Both the position numbers and the translations under genes were made by a program. A DNA stretch of 64,000 bases, taken from an uncultured Gammaproteobacteria bacterium (GTDB taxonomy: Bacteria; Patescibacteriota; Microgenomatia; UBA8517). Under the pieces are notes generated by a model, which was given only the letters and a program-made list of their open reading frames with translations, did not search any database and was not told where the DNA came from. Of this stretch, positions 17,325-27,738 are shown one piece after another. The stretch's first letter is position 1; the number at the start of each line of letters is the position of its first letter. The DNA lies in assembly GCA_964431555.1 (NCBI GenBank), contig CAYSJW010000004.1:9951-73950 (forward strand), written 5' to 3'.

Positions 17325-18473
17325 TTAAGTAATCTTTCTTAAAAACGCTGGTATTTCAAATTTTTCTCCAAAAACGTCCTGATCACCTTCATCGGGAGGG
17401 ATTTTATTATTTTCATCTTCATCTTCTTCCTTTTTTTCTTTTTTAATTGATTCACTTACAACACCTTGCATTTGTGGTTCAACTCTGGGTTGAGAAAATT
17501 GAGCTATTCTCGCTCTGGTTTCATCAAAACCGGTTGCTACTACAGTAATTCTTAATTGATCAGTCAAATCCTCCTTAATTACAGCTCCAAATATTATATT
17601 GGCATCAGCATCTGCTGATGAGGAAATTATTCTTGCTGCTTCATCAACTTCAAACATCGTTAAATCCTTACCCCCAGTTATATTAAATAAAACTCCAGTC
17701 GCTCCTTCTATCGAAAGATCCAAAAGTGGAGAGGCAATAGCAGAACGCGCTGCCATCTGAGCCCTGTTTTCACCAACCCCTGTTCCTATACCCAATAATG
17801 CTGTACCAGAATTCATCATTATTGTCTTAACATCGGCGAAATCAACATTTATCAATCCTGGTGTGGTAATTATATCAGCAATGCCGGAAACAGCCTGACC
17901 TAAAACAGAATCTGCCACCTTAAAAGCTTCTAAAAGAGTCATCTTTCTATCGATAACATCCATCAACCTTTGATTGGGAATAACGATCAAGGTGTCAACC
18001 TGCTCTCTAAGTTTTTCTATTCCCTCTTCCGCAACCACAGACCTTCTTGTTCCTTCAAAATAAAAGGGCTTAGTTACTATCGCTACTGTTAATGCGCCTG
18101 TCTCTTTGGCTATTCTTGCAATTACTGGCGATGCTCCAGTTCCAGTTCCTCCTCCCATACCGGAGGTAATGAAAACCATGTCAGAATCCAGAAGAAGTTC
18201 TTTTATTTTTTCCTTTGATTCTTCAGCCGCTTGTTCACCTATTTCAGGATTTCCCCCAGATCCTAATCCCTTGGTTAACTTTTCACCGATTTGCAGCTTA
18301 GTTGGAGCCTTGTTCGCTAAAAGCACTTGCGCATCCGTGTTAACAGCAATAAACTCAACTCCCTGAACGTCATTGGATTCCGCCATTGAAGAAACAGCAT
18401 TTCCACCGCCCCCTCCAATACCGATAACTTTAATTTTTGCTATTCTCGCAGAATCTGGTTTAACTAATGCCAT
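17325..18473 (-). CDS. ftsZ: Cell division protein FtsZ
   Basis: [23 protein letters not shown]-terminal EIPAFLRK. Confidence 0.98.
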   Translation of the reverse strand: MALVKPDSARIAKIKVIGIGGGGGNAVSSMAESNDVQGVEFIAVNTDAQVLLANKAPTKLQIGEKLTKGLGSGGNPEIGEQAAEESKEKIKELLLDSDMVFITSGMGGGTGTGASPVIARIAKETGALTVAIVTKPFYFEGTRRSVVAEEGIEKLREQVDTLIVIPNQRLMDVIDRKMTLLEAFKVADSVLGQAVSGIADIITTPGLINVDFADVKTIMMNSGTALLGIGTGVGENRAQMAARSAIASPLLDLSIEGATGVLFNITGGKDLTMFEVDEAARIISSSADADANIIFGAVIKEDLTDQLRITVVATGFDETRARIAQFSQPRVEPQMQGVVSESIKKEKKEEDEDENNKIPPDEGDQDVFGEKFEIPAFLRKIT

Positions 18474-18491
18474 ATTGTTTTACGTAGCGTG

Positions 18492-18520
18492 ATTTTACAG
18501 TGGGCAAGTTAAAATGTAAA
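18492..18520 (-). promoter_or_regulatory. Putative internal ftsZ promoter
   Basis: TTTACA-17 nt-TAAAAT on the minus strand in the ftsA-ftsZ spacer. Confidence 0.45.
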
Positions 18521-18526
18521 GTACGC

Positions 18527-19798
18527 TTAGGGCAGAAGTTCTCGAATAGTGTTAATTAATTTACCTAAAATCCCTTTTGATGGGAGTTTAAACCTCTTTG
18601 AAAAACTTGTCAATGACTCTTCTGGTTCTTTTGCTGCAGCATAGAGAATTAACCCCACTGGATTTGCAAAACTGGGATTTATGATATCATCAATTAAACC
18701 ACTCACACCTTTAGGTTTTCCTGTTCTTACAGGTAAAAGAAGCATTCTTTTGGCCGAATCACTGATTCCCACAATTTCAGCCCCTCCCCCGGTTATAATA
18801 GCCCCTGCAGGAATTTGATTTATCAAGCCTTCCCTCTCAAGCGCCATTCTTACCATTGTAAAAATTTCATTCAATCTCGGTTTTATTATACCTTCAGTCA
18901 AAGTTTTCCTAGATATCTTCTTACTATCCGTTACTCCCAAAGAGAATAAATCAAATTCGTCAGACTCTTCCTTAGACTTTTTTGACTTTTTCTCTTCTTC
19001 AGAAAGAGCTAATTTTATCTTTTCGGCTGTTTCAATAGAAACCCTAAGACCTATTGCCAAATCGTTGGTAACGTTTTTTGCCCCCACTGGCAATACCCCA
19101 GAAAAAGACAACGAACCATCCACATAGGCAGCAATGGAAGTCGTTCCTCCACCAATATCAATCAAAACACAACCAAGTTCTTTTTCAGTTTTTGTTAATA
19201 CTGAATAACTCGCAGCCAAACCTGAAAAAACAAGTTCAGAAACATTAATACCAACTTCATTTACCGCTTTTCTTAAATTTTTTAAAGAAGATGAAGAGGC
19301 AGTGATAATATGGGTATTAACCTCCAAGCGAACACCGCTCATTCCCACAGGATCCTGAACACCCGGCTCTCCGTCCACGATGAACTCACGAGGAATGACA
19401 TGTATTATTTCTCTTGAAGAAGGTAATGAAATAGCACTCGCCGCCTCGATAACCCTGTCGACATCCTCGCTGGTAATCTCTCCCTGAGGATCAGAAATTG
19501 CAACCACGCCGTGCGAATTTTGCGAAGCAATATGTGCACCACCAACCGAAATATAAGCAGTTTCAAGATTATATCCCGCCATTCTCTCCGCCGCTTCAAC
19601 TCCGGTAACGATGGCATCAACCGCTTCTTCAATATCGACAATCTGTCCCTTTCTAACTCCCTTGGAATCAACAGAAGATACTCCTACTATATTTACTGTT
19701 TTTTCAAAATTTACTTCATCAGTTACCACCTGGGCAACAAGGGTAGCTATTTTTGATGAACCTAAATCTATTCCTGCTATAATTCTATTTTTAGACAT
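18527..19798 (-). CDS. ftsA: Cell division protein FtsA
   Basis: GIDLGSSK, AERMAG, DIGGGTT, TGGGA. Confidence 0.97.
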   Translation of the reverse strand: MSKNRIIAGIDLGSSKIATLVAQVVTDEVNFEKTVNIVGVSSVDSKGVRKGQIVDIEEAVDAIVTGVEAAERMAGYNLETAYISVGGAHIASQNSHGVVAISDPQGEITSEDVDRVIEAASAISLPSSREIIHVIPREFIVDGEPGVQDPVGMSGVRLEVNTHIITASSSSLKNLRKAVNEVGINVSELVFSGLAASYSVLTKTEKELGCVLIDIGGGTTSIAAYVDGSLSFSGVLPVGAKNVTNDLAIGLRVSIETAEKIKLALSEEEKKSKKSKEESDEFDLFSLGVTDSKKISRKTLTEGIIKPRLNEIFTMVRMALEREGLINQIPAGAIITGGGAEIVGISDSAKRMLLLPVRTGKPKGVSGLIDDIINPSFANPVGLILYAAAKEPEESLTSFSKRFKLPSKGILGKLINTIRELLP

Positions 19799-20498
19799 TC
19801 TTTCTTAGAACCGGATTTTTAAACCTTAAGTCAATGACTTTTAATTCTCCTATTGTAATTTTAGAGTCAATTTCTTCTTTCTTCAACTCATTTAATATTA
19901 AAGTAAGAGCACCCAAAAGAAAATCCCTATCTTCATCAAGTGGAAACAATACGACTTTGTTTCCGGCTAAATTAATTCTTAAATAACCATTCTCTATGTA
20001 AGCCTTTTCCAAATTGGAAATCAAAGATGTTCCATAAATAAGCTCAAGAGCCAAAAGTTCCTCTTTTCTCAAAAAACTTCCAACTTCAGGTAAATTTCCC
20101 TCTACAAAATATCCAGGTAAACTACTTCTATCCTTCACTTCTAAAACCAAACCATCTGCATCTACCTGAACTGTAAATTCTTGACTTAAACTTTTTATCG
20201 AATATTTTGGTTTTTTCTCAATCACATACAATCTGATCCCAGAAGGCAATGCATAGTTTAAAGAATACTTATCAACCAATAAAACATTCGACATTTTATC
20301 TTTAATTAATCTCCCACAGATCCTAACTTTGCAATCCACTACATCTGAAAGACTTTGTTTAACAACCATCGAGCACTCACCATACTGGTTACGACAAGTA
20401 ATTTCTCTAATCCTTATATTACTAAAGTAATTCACTAAGAAAAAAGACAAAAAAATTATTAAAATAAGCAATCCATATTTTCTAATTTTTCTTCTCAT
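19791..20498 (-). CDS. ftsQ: FtsQ/DivIB-like cell division protein
   Basis: N-terminal TM, C-terminal IDLRF, position between murG and ftsA. Confidence 0.7.
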   Translation of the reverse strand: MRRKIRKYGLLILIIFLSFFLVNYFSNIRIREITCRNQYGECSMVVKQSLSDVVDCKVRICGRLIKDKMSNVLLVDKYSLNYALPSGIRLYVIEKKPKYSIKSLSQEFTVQVDADGLVLEVKDRSSLPGYFVEGNLPEVGSFLRKEELLALELIYGTSLISNLEKAYIENGYLRINLAGNKVVLFPLDEDRDFLLGALTLILNELKKEEIDSKITIGELKVIDLRFKNPVLRKNV

Positions 20499-21613
20499 AA
20501 ATAATCTTCTAACAAAGAAATAATTTTTTTGGCTGCAAACTTATCAGGATTTTCAAATTTAACAACCGATTTAAAAATTGCACTCCAATTTTCAGACAAA
20601 TATGAAACTTTTTCTAATAAGGTATTGGGGGTCAGTTCGCTTTGATTTATTATTAACGAACCAGCGTATTTTTCTGCAAAGATTGCATTTCTATATTGTT
20701 CATTCAAATAAGATATAGGTAAAGGTATCAATATTGAAGGTTTTTTAGAATAAACAATCTTTGAAACAGTATTTGCTCCTGCTCTTGAAATTAAAATATC
20801 CGATTGATTAAATATCTTATTATAGACTTTAGGATCCAATACTCCATAAACAAAATAATTCCTTAAATATTTTTTTTCCAATTTAGCGCGAATCTCTAAA
20901 AATTTATCTTCATCTTTTAAACCTGTTTGATGTATTACTTTATATTTCTTTAAAAGCTGGGGTAGAATTTCAGCGACATTATCGTTTATAATTGATGAAC
21001 CCGATTGTCCTCCTGTAACAAAAATGGTTTTAGGTTTAGACAAACTTGAATGGCTACTTTTTTTAATTAAATCACTCGGTAAAGGATTGCCCGTTAAGAC
21101 AATTTTGTTTTTTGGAAAATAATCTTTACTTGTCTCTCTCGAAATAGCTATTTTGCGGGCAAAAAATGAAGAAAACCTATTCGCCCTTCCAGCAACTGAA
21201 GTTTGTTCATGAATAACAATCGGAATACCCAAAAAATATGAAACTAAAACGACTGGAAAAGCAGAAAAACCGCCGAATGACAAGACAACATCTGGTTTGA
21301 TTTTCAAAATAAGAATAAAAGCATGTATAAAGCCTATAGGTATTTTAAGAATCGAAAAAATTGTATATCTGGTCCACCTTCTTTGAATTCTGCCTACAAC
21401 AATTGAAAATGTCTTGACTTTATATTTCGGGAAATACAAAGATGAAAGTGTTAAATACTTTTTACCTTCAAAAGAACTTTCAGGACCTATCCAAAAAACA
21501 TCCCAAGGTTTTGCTTCCTTTCTTATTTCCTCAATAATCACAAAAGCAGAAGAAGCTGCATGTCCGCCCGTGAGTAAAATTCTTTTTTTAACATTATCTA
21601 ATTTTTTTACCAT
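20495..21613 (-). CDS. murG: MurG lipid II GlcNAc transferase
   Basis: TGGH, FGGF, HEQ, TGNP, GGQSG, SRAGANT, EQ..NA. Confidence 0.93.
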   Translation of the reverse strand: MVKKLDNVKKRILLTGGHAASSAFVIIEEIRKEAKPWDVFWIGPESSFEGKKYLTLSSLYFPKYKVKTFSIVVGRIQRRWTRYTIFSILKIPIGFIHAFILILKIKPDVVLSFGGFSAFPVVLVSYFLGIPIVIHEQTSVAGRANRFSSFFARKIAISRETSKDYFPKNKIVLTGNPLPSDLIKKSSHSSLSKPKTIFVTGGQSGSSIINDNVAEILPQLLKKYKVIHQTGLKDEDKFLEIRAKLEKKYLRNYFVYGVLDPKVYNKIFNQSDILISRAGANTVSKIVYSKKPSILIPLPISYLNEQYRNAIFAEKYAGSLIINQSELTPNTLLEKVSYLSENWSAIFKSVVKFENPDKFAAKKIISLLEDYL

Positions 21614-22697
21614 ATTTAGATATATTTAAAAGTATTCCACAAGCAAAAAGCAATGAAACCAAAGAAGAACCGCCGTAAGATATAAACGGAATTGGCACTC
21701 CTGTTAATGGAACTAAAGCCGACATTGCCGCAATATTCAATATTGTTTGTCCTCCTATCCATGAAATAATTCCCAAAGAAAAAATTCTCGAAAATGTGTC
21801 TGGTGCATCTACAATTATTTTATAACCCCTATATATAAAATATGAAAAAATTAATATTATTACTACACTCCCCATAAAACCAAATTCTTCAGCTAAAACT
21901 GCAAAAATAGAATCCGTAGCAGTTTCAGGCAAAAAAAGGTATTTTTGTTTGGAATTACCCAAGCCAACTCCCCAAAACCCACCCGAACCCAACGCCAAGA
22001 GAATTTGGCGAATGTGATAAGATTTTCCCAATGGGTCTCTTGTTTGTTCTAAAAAGGTTAATAATCTCTCTTTTCTATAATCCGAAAAAAGAATCAGTAA
22101 AGTCGTAATTCCACCACCGCCTAAAACCAAAATAAAAAACTGAAACAGGTTTATCCCAGCTACAAACATTTGAGTTAATCCTATACCCACAATAATTAAG
22201 GCAGTACCCAAATCTGGTTGCAATACGATTAAGAAAGCTGAAATCAGCAATGGCAAAAGATATGAAAAGATTCCCTTTCCCTTTTCAGCCACCTTAGCAA
22301 TATACATAGAAAGAGTAATTTTCAAGAATTCAGAAGGTTGGAAAGAGAAGAAGCCTAAATCTATTCTTCTTTTCGCCCCTAGTGCACTTATTCCAAAGCC
22401 AGGAATAAGTATTAAAAAAAGAAAAAATAAATTTAGTAAAAAAAGAAGTGGCCCAAATCTTTGCCAGATTTTATAATTTATATTACTAGCAACAATTAAA
22501 AGAAAAAAACCAATCAAAGCAAAATAAAACTGTTGCCTGGCGAAGAATAGTTTATCGGAAAAATTTCTTGAGGCAATCGGCGCTGAAGCATCAGCAATAG
22601 CTATAATCCCAAAAGAAGTTAAGACCAAAACACCAATTAAAAAATGTTTGTCAATTGTTTTAAATAATGACTTTTTATCTTTTTTGTTTTTATACAC
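21594..22697 (-). CDS. ftsW: SEDS peptidoglycan polymerase FtsW
   Basis: FQPSE, QPDLGT, LPE.ATDSIF..EE.G, PLTGVPIPFISYGGSS. Confidence 0.95.
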   Translation of the reverse strand: MYKNKKDKKSLFKTIDKHFLIGVLVLTSFGIIAIADASAPIASRNFSDKLFFARQQFYFALIGFFLLIVASNINYKIWQRFGPLLFLLNLFFLFLILIPGFGISALGAKRRIDLGFFSFQPSEFLKITLSMYIAKVAEKGKGIFSYLLPLLISAFLIVLQPDLGTALIIVGIGLTQMFVAGINLFQFFILVLGGGGITTLLILFSDYRKERLLTFLEQTRDPLGKSYHIRQILLALGSGGFWGVGLGNSKQKYLFLPETATDSIFAVLAEEFGFMGSVVIILIFSYFIYRGYKIIVDAPDTFSRIFSLGIISWIGGQTILNIAAMSALVPLTGVPIPFISYGGSSLVSLLFACGILLNISKYGKKIR

Positions 22698-22709
22698 ACT
22701 TTTAATTTT

Positions 22710-23765
22710 TTATATCGCAGCCAACCAAAGACCAAAGATAGCCAAAATTATCCCCACAAGCCATGCTCTCATGACAATTTTTGGTTCCTCCCATCCTCTG
22801 GCCAAAAAAGCATTGTGAACAGGAGCCAAGGGCAATAAAGGCTTCTTCATAAACTTCCATCCAAACATTTGTATAGCAGAACTGGCAATCTCAACCAAAA
22901 ATACTCCTCCAATCACTATCATAGAGACTATACTACCTGTTAACAAACCAATAACCGCTATCATTGCTCCAAAAGATAAAGCTCCTGCATCTCCCAAATG
23001 AATTCTAGCCGGCCAGATATTGAAATAGCCAAATGCTAGTATTGCTCCCAACCACAACGATATAAAGGATATCAAGGGGGTGTCCAATGAACCGGCGGCA
23101 ATAGTTCCAAAAGCAATAAGATAGATAACCAAAAGGCCTGTTGACAATCCATCCAACCCATCAGTTATATTGAACGCATTTGTAAATGCGACAATAAATG
23201 TGGAAGCAAAAAAAAGATAAAAAAATTTCAAATTCACAACATAATCAAACAGAGGCAAATGAAGTATTGATATACCCAATCTTTTGTACAAAACAAAACT
23301 TACAATAAAAGCAAGAACCCACTGGAAAGCGAATTTTTGACGCCTCTTTAAACCAAAATACATTCCTAAAACCCCTGGACTTGGTTTTCCAAACGTTTTC
23401 ACTAGATCGTCAAATAAACCTAACAATCCAAACGAAATAAAGGTAAAAAGGATAATAAAAACTTCAGTTTTAAAATTATGAAAACTTCTTATATAAACCC
23501 CCATTCTAGATGCAAAAGGAAAAAGAAGAATAAACATAATTGAAACAATAAAGATTATAAGTATTCCACCTCCCACCGGAGTTCCTGCTTTTCTGTCATG
23601 TAGTTTATCAAAAAGAGGAACTTTTCCCTTAATAGGAGCCTCCTTCTTCCTGGTTAAGTGCAGTTTATATAATATATTTATAAAAGGAACAATTAACAAA
23701 GATGTAATCAGAAAAGAAAAAAGTATTAATCCTAAAGCTAAGGGCAGGCTGGTGATACTAGACAT
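22710..23765 (-). CDS. mraY: Phospho-N-acetylmuramoyl-pentapeptide transferase
   Basis: K.GTP.GGG, G.FDD, NAFNITDGLDGL, LGDAG, AP.H. Confidence 0.95.
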   Translation of the reverse strand: MSSITSLPLALGLILFSFLITSLLIVPFINILYKLHLTRKKEAPIKGKVPLFDKLHDRKAGTPVGGGILIIFIVSIMFILLFPFASRMGVYIRSFHNFKTEVFIILFTFISFGLLGLFDDLVKTFGKPSPGVLGMYFGLKRRQKFAFQWVLAFIVSFVLYKRLGISILHLPLFDYVVNLKFFYLFFASTFIVAFTNAFNITDGLDGLSTGLLVIYLIAFGTIAAGSLDTPLISFISLWLGAILAFGYFNIWPARIHLGDAGALSFGAMIAVIGLLTGSIVSMIVIGGVFLVEIASSAIQMFGWKFMKKPLLPLAPVHNAFLARGWEEPKIVMRAWLVGIILAIFGLWLAAI

Positions 23766-23897
23766 AATCCGGATATTATTATATCAACTTTCCTAGGGAT
23801 ACTCTATAGATAAAATCCTTACAAATTTTAAGATCTTTCATACCCTTACACACCTTCTAAATTCCTGAAGTAATTCAATAATTAATACATTTTATAA

Positions 23898-24920
23898 CTA
23901 TAAATGTCTAAATTTTTTCCTCATCATTTCAAAAACAAAAGTAAACCAATAAAGGTTTTTCACAGGTAAATCATGTGCATGCAACCAATCAATCCTTTCT
24001 CCTCCAAAACCTTTTTTAAAAAGAGTAACTCCCCAGAATCTGTGTTTAGGATCATCTTTCGAAGAAATTCCCCAAAAATCGTAGTATCTCATACCCAGAG
24101 ATTTTGATTTTTTTATTATCTCCCATTGCAAATAATAAGATGCATTGGTTTTAAGGGATTGATAAGAAGATCCGCTGTAATGGTAAAATGATTTCCCCGC
24201 ATAAAATACTATCAATGCACTAGCAAGTAAATTTTTTCCCTTTCTACATTCAAAAAGCAATGCTTGTTTGTCCTTTGAAAACACTTCCAATTCTGAACGT
24301 AATAAAACCTCCCTAAACCCTACGAATTTATGTCGCTTTACCGTTTCGTTTTGTAAATTATAAAGAGATTTTATTCTCTTCGTATCGGAACTTACTATAA
24401 CTTGATATCCTTCTCTCAAACTCTTTTTTATCAAATATCTAGTTGTTTTCCTCATAGCTTTAAGTATTTCATCTTCACTTTTTTTCAAATCTAAAACTAG
24501 AGTATTTTCACCGTGAACATGCATGGGGGCCGAAATCAAACCCATTCTTTTTAATAAAGTTCTTATATCAGGATTGTCTTTAATATCCGGCCTTATTCTT
24601 ACAAACCAAACTCTTTCTTTTTTTGCCAATTTTTCTAATTCTTGTATAACGAACCTTAATAATTCTTTATCATCATAATCTATAACCGGACCGCCGGGTA
24701 TTAATAAATGTGAACCTCTTTTTGCTGGTTGGTGAATAATCAGAGCACAACCTACCAATTTTTTGCTTTTATAAAAACCAAGTCTAAATATTTTAAAACC
24801 AACCTTTTGATTAACTTCACCCCAATTCCAAGATTGCAAAAATGTTCCAGGATTTCTGGAAAGCAAAAAATCCTCCCATTCCTTTTTACTCTCTATTTCC
24901 TTTGTTTCGAAATTGTTCAT
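23898..24920 (-). CDS. FemABX family aminoacyl-tRNA-dependent transferase
   Basis: FLQSWNWG, GP, LDL..M.KTTRY, LQWE.I, YDFWG, FKKGFGG. Confidence 0.9.
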   Translation of the reverse strand: MNNFETKEIESKKEWEDFLLSRNPGTFLQSWNWGEVNQKVGFKIFRLGFYKSKKLVGCALIIHQPAKRGSHLLIPGGPVIDYDDKELLRFVIQELEKLAKKERVWFVRIRPDIKDNPDIRTLLKRMGLISAPMHVHGENTLVLDLKKSEDEILKAMRKTTRYLIKKSLREGYQVIVSSDTKRIKSLYNLQNETVKRHKFVGFREVLLRSELEVFSKDKQALLFECRKGKNLLASALIVFYAGKSFYHYSGSSYQSLKTNASYYLQWEIIKKSKSLGMRYYDFWGISSKDDPKHRFWGVTLFKKGFGGERIDWLHAHDLPVKNLYWFTFVFEMMRKKFRHL

Positions 24921-26161
24921 TTAATTAAACTAATAATATATTTAGCCTCGTTTATTCCAATTCCCTCATAAGTTGGCAAATTCAATATTTTTCCCCTAAT
25001 GCTTTCAGCATAAGGGCAAGAACCGATTATATAATCCACCTGATTGAGATTCTCTACCGGATAAACACAATCTTTATACCAATCTCCCAAAATAACACCT
25101 TTTTGTTTAACCTTCTTCAAAATCTCTTCTGCGTTTTCTGCAACTATAGGAAATCTCACCCATATCGCTCCTTTCACCCTAGGAGGCAATATATATCTGC
25201 TACTCTTTAAACTCCTAAAATAGAAATCAGCGATATTTCGCCTATGTAAATTAAAGAGATCAAGTTTTTTTAATTGATTGAGCGCTAATACTGATAAAGC
25301 ACCAGGAAGTTTAGTAGGAAACACTTTAGGTTTTCGGGAAAACTTTTCTTCCTTATAAATAGATTTAGACAAAAGGTGTAATTTCTGTAAAACAAAAATG
25401 ACGAATTTTCCTAAAGTAAATTTGGAAATGCCAAAATTATAAAAAGGCAAAATCAAAAAAAAGATTATCGGATGCAAGAGTTGCTGAACTAACCACCATG
25501 GCCTAGGATATTCAAGATTCTCACGTAATTTCAAAAGAGACTTATAAGTATTCCTATCTTTACATAAAATCATACCGCCAAAAACGGATGAAATTACCTT
25601 ATCTCTTCCAAAACTAAAAAAGGATATATCGCCTAAAACTCCCACTTTTCTACCTTTGTACATTGCTCCCAAGGAAAGTGCACAATCCTCTATCAAATAT
25701 ATCTTTCTCTTACTCTTCTTTAAAACCTTTTTAATCGCATCATAATCTGCTGGGATACCAAAACTATTTTGTAAAATTACTGCCTTTGTATTTTTACTTA
25801 TTTTCCTGGTTAAATCTCTAGGATCCATATTAAAATTCTTTTCCACATCAACATATACAGGTTCCGCCCCCACCCATTTAATTGAATTCGGAACAGCCAC
25901 GCAAGTTAAAGATTGAATAATAACTTCATCTCCATAACCAATATCCAAAGATTTAAGGATTAGATATAATGCACTTCTTCCACTATTTACAGCCAAAGCG
26001 TAGTAATTTCTACCAAAATAATCTGCAAACTCTTTTTCCAAAATTTCGGTTTTAGTGAAATCATACCAATACACAGGATTAAAAAACTGCTTTATCGCCT
26101 GTAAAAAATCATCTTTTTGAAGGTTTGGTGATAAGGATATAGCTATTGGTCTTTTCATCAT
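24917..26161 (-). CDS. DegT/DnrJ/EryC1/StrS-family PLP-dependent enzyme
   Basis: NSGRSAL, GDEV, IEDCA (PLP Asp), SFGRDK..GG (Schiff-base Lys), LNLP. Confidence 0.88.
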   Translation of the reverse strand: MMKRPIAISLSPNLQKDDFLQAIKQFFNPVYWYDFTKTEILEKEFADYFGRNYYALAVNSGRSALYLILKSLDIGYGDEVIIQSLTCVAVPNSIKWVGAEPVYVDVEKNFNMDPRDLTRKISKNTKAVILQNSFGIPADYDAIKKVLKKSKRKIYLIEDCALSLGAMYKGRKVGVLGDISFFSFGRDKVISSVFGGMILCKDRNTYKSLLKLRENLEYPRPWWLVQQLLHPIIFFLILPFYNFGISKFTLGKFVIFVLQKLHLLSKSIYKEEKFSRKPKVFPTKLPGALSVLALNQLKKLDLFNLHRRNIADFYFRSLKSSRYILPPRVKGAIWVRFPIVAENAEEILKKVKQKGVILGDWYKDCVYPVENLNQVDYIIGSCPYAESIRGKILNLPTYEGIGINEAKYIISLIK

Positions 26162-27735
26162 TTACTAAAATACTCAACCACTTTAGGTAATCTTCCTTCT
26201 ATTAAAACAGAATCTTTTTCTTTAATTTCTTTTTCCAGATAATCTATGATTCTCTCCTGATCCCTGATATAAATAAGTTCACATCTTCCTTTTATACCCT
26301 TGCTTAAGGGCTTGAAAAAATCTCCATTACGTAAAATAACTATATCAGCATTTTTTCCTATCAAATCACCCAAATTTTCGTGTACAGTATCAGATTCCTT
26401 CCCCAATTCTATAATACCCGTAGTTACAATAATTTTCCTTCCTGAAGATACACTAAATAAAACTTCCAAAGCCGCCTTAAAACCAGAGAAAGATGAATTA
26501 TAAGAATCATCAATAAGGGTAATCCCTTTCTTAATCTTTGTAATATTTAAAGTACCATCCGGAAGATAAAGCTTTTTAGATTCTCTTTCAATTTCTCTCC
26601 AGCCAATACCAAACATTCTCGCTGCCAAAATCACACCAGTTAAATTCTGAATAAAACTTTTTGAAACAATGTTGGTTTTAATCTTTTTTCTTTCATCAAA
26701 AACTTTAATTGAAAACTCTATACCATCATCTCTCAAAATCTCTACTTTAGAAAAGGCTGAATATTTATGATCTCCCAACTTACTATCATTTCCTACAAAA
26801 TATGTAAAACATTTTATGTTTTTTCCTAATTTTTCTGCTCTTTCTACAAATTCCAAAGCCAAATAACTATTTGCATTGACAAACAACATTCCGCCATCTT
26901 TGAGTGATTCCACAAGTTCGAACTTCGCCCTTTTTAAATTTTCAATATTTCCAAAAATATCCAAGTGTTGAGGTTCTATACCAGTTATAAAAGCTGCTTC
27001 TGGTTTTATTATTTCTGCAACTTCTCTAATTTCACCGATTTTATATGCGCCAATTTCTGCAACTAAAAACTGATGATCTTTGTTTAAATAATTATTTACT
27101 CTCCTTAAAACACCAAAAAAAGTATTTTGATTTTTTAATGTTGACAATACATTATATTTTGTACTCAATATTTGAGTAAGAAAATCCTTCGTTGTTGTTT
27201 TTCCATAACTGCCAGTTATTCCGATGGTAATCGGATTATATTTACTTATAACCTTAATTGCTTTTTCTCTCTCCATTCTTTTAGCCCTTCTGACAAGAGG
27301 AATTGTTAAAAAAATACCCAGAAATGGAGTTAAAATCAGCAAAATTTCCCCCAAAAAAAATGTTTTGGAAATTGAAATCTTATTAAAATATAGAAAACAA
27401 AATGTTAAAATTAAACTAAATAAACAAACTAACCATATATTTTTTATTCTTTCAGTTATTTCAGGTCTTCTTAAATTTCCAAGTAAAATATTTTTTAAAA
27501 AGATAGTATCGAAAATCAAAAAAACAAAAATTAATAGAAGAAAATTCGGATTTAAAAGTATAATCGAAATTTTAATAATAATACCAACAACACCTAAGTT
27601 TAACCTACCTTCTCTTAATTTCATAAATGAAAAAAATCTGTCCAGCCTGTATTCTTTAATCTGCAGCCAATAAGTCCAAGTCAATAATTGTTGAATAGCC
27701 TGAGGTAACCAGGATAAAAAAATAAAAATTTCCAT
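26158..27735 (-). CDS. murF: MurF-type Mur ligase with an N-terminal multi-TM extension
   Basis: GITGSYGKTTTK, EIGAY..GEI, IDDSYNS, G.IELG; the first ~145 aa are hydrophobic. Confidence 0.85.
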   Translation of the reverse strand: MEIFIFLSWLPQAIQQLLTWTYWLQIKEYRLDRFFSFMKLREGRLNLGVVGIIIKISIILLNPNFLLLIFVFLIFDTIFLKNILLGNLRRPEITERIKNIWLVCLFSLILTFCFLYFNKISISKTFFLGEILLILTPFLGIFLTIPLVRRAKRMEREKAIKVISKYNPITIGITGSYGKTTTKDFLTQILSTKYNVLSTLKNQNTFFGVLRRVNNYLNKDHQFLVAEIGAYKIGEIREVAEIIKPEAAFITGIEPQHLDIFGNIENLKRAKFELVESLKDGGMLFVNANSYLALEFVERAEKLGKNIKCFTYFVGNDSKLGDHKYSAFSKVEILRDDGIEFSIKVFDERKKIKTNIVSKSFIQNLTGVILAARMFGIGWREIERESKKLYLPDGTLNITKIKKGITLIDDSYNSSFSGFKAALEVLFSVSSGRKIIVTTGIIELGKESDTVHENLGDLIGKNADIVILRNGDFFKPLSKGIKGRCELIYIRDQERIIDYLEKEIKEKDSVLIEGRLPKVVEYFSK

Positions 27736-27738
27736 AAT

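Noticed and set aside
17319-17325. Replication origin or terminus at the strand switch
   Set aside because: No intergenic space, DnaA-box cluster or dif-like site, and no obvious skew inversion by eye
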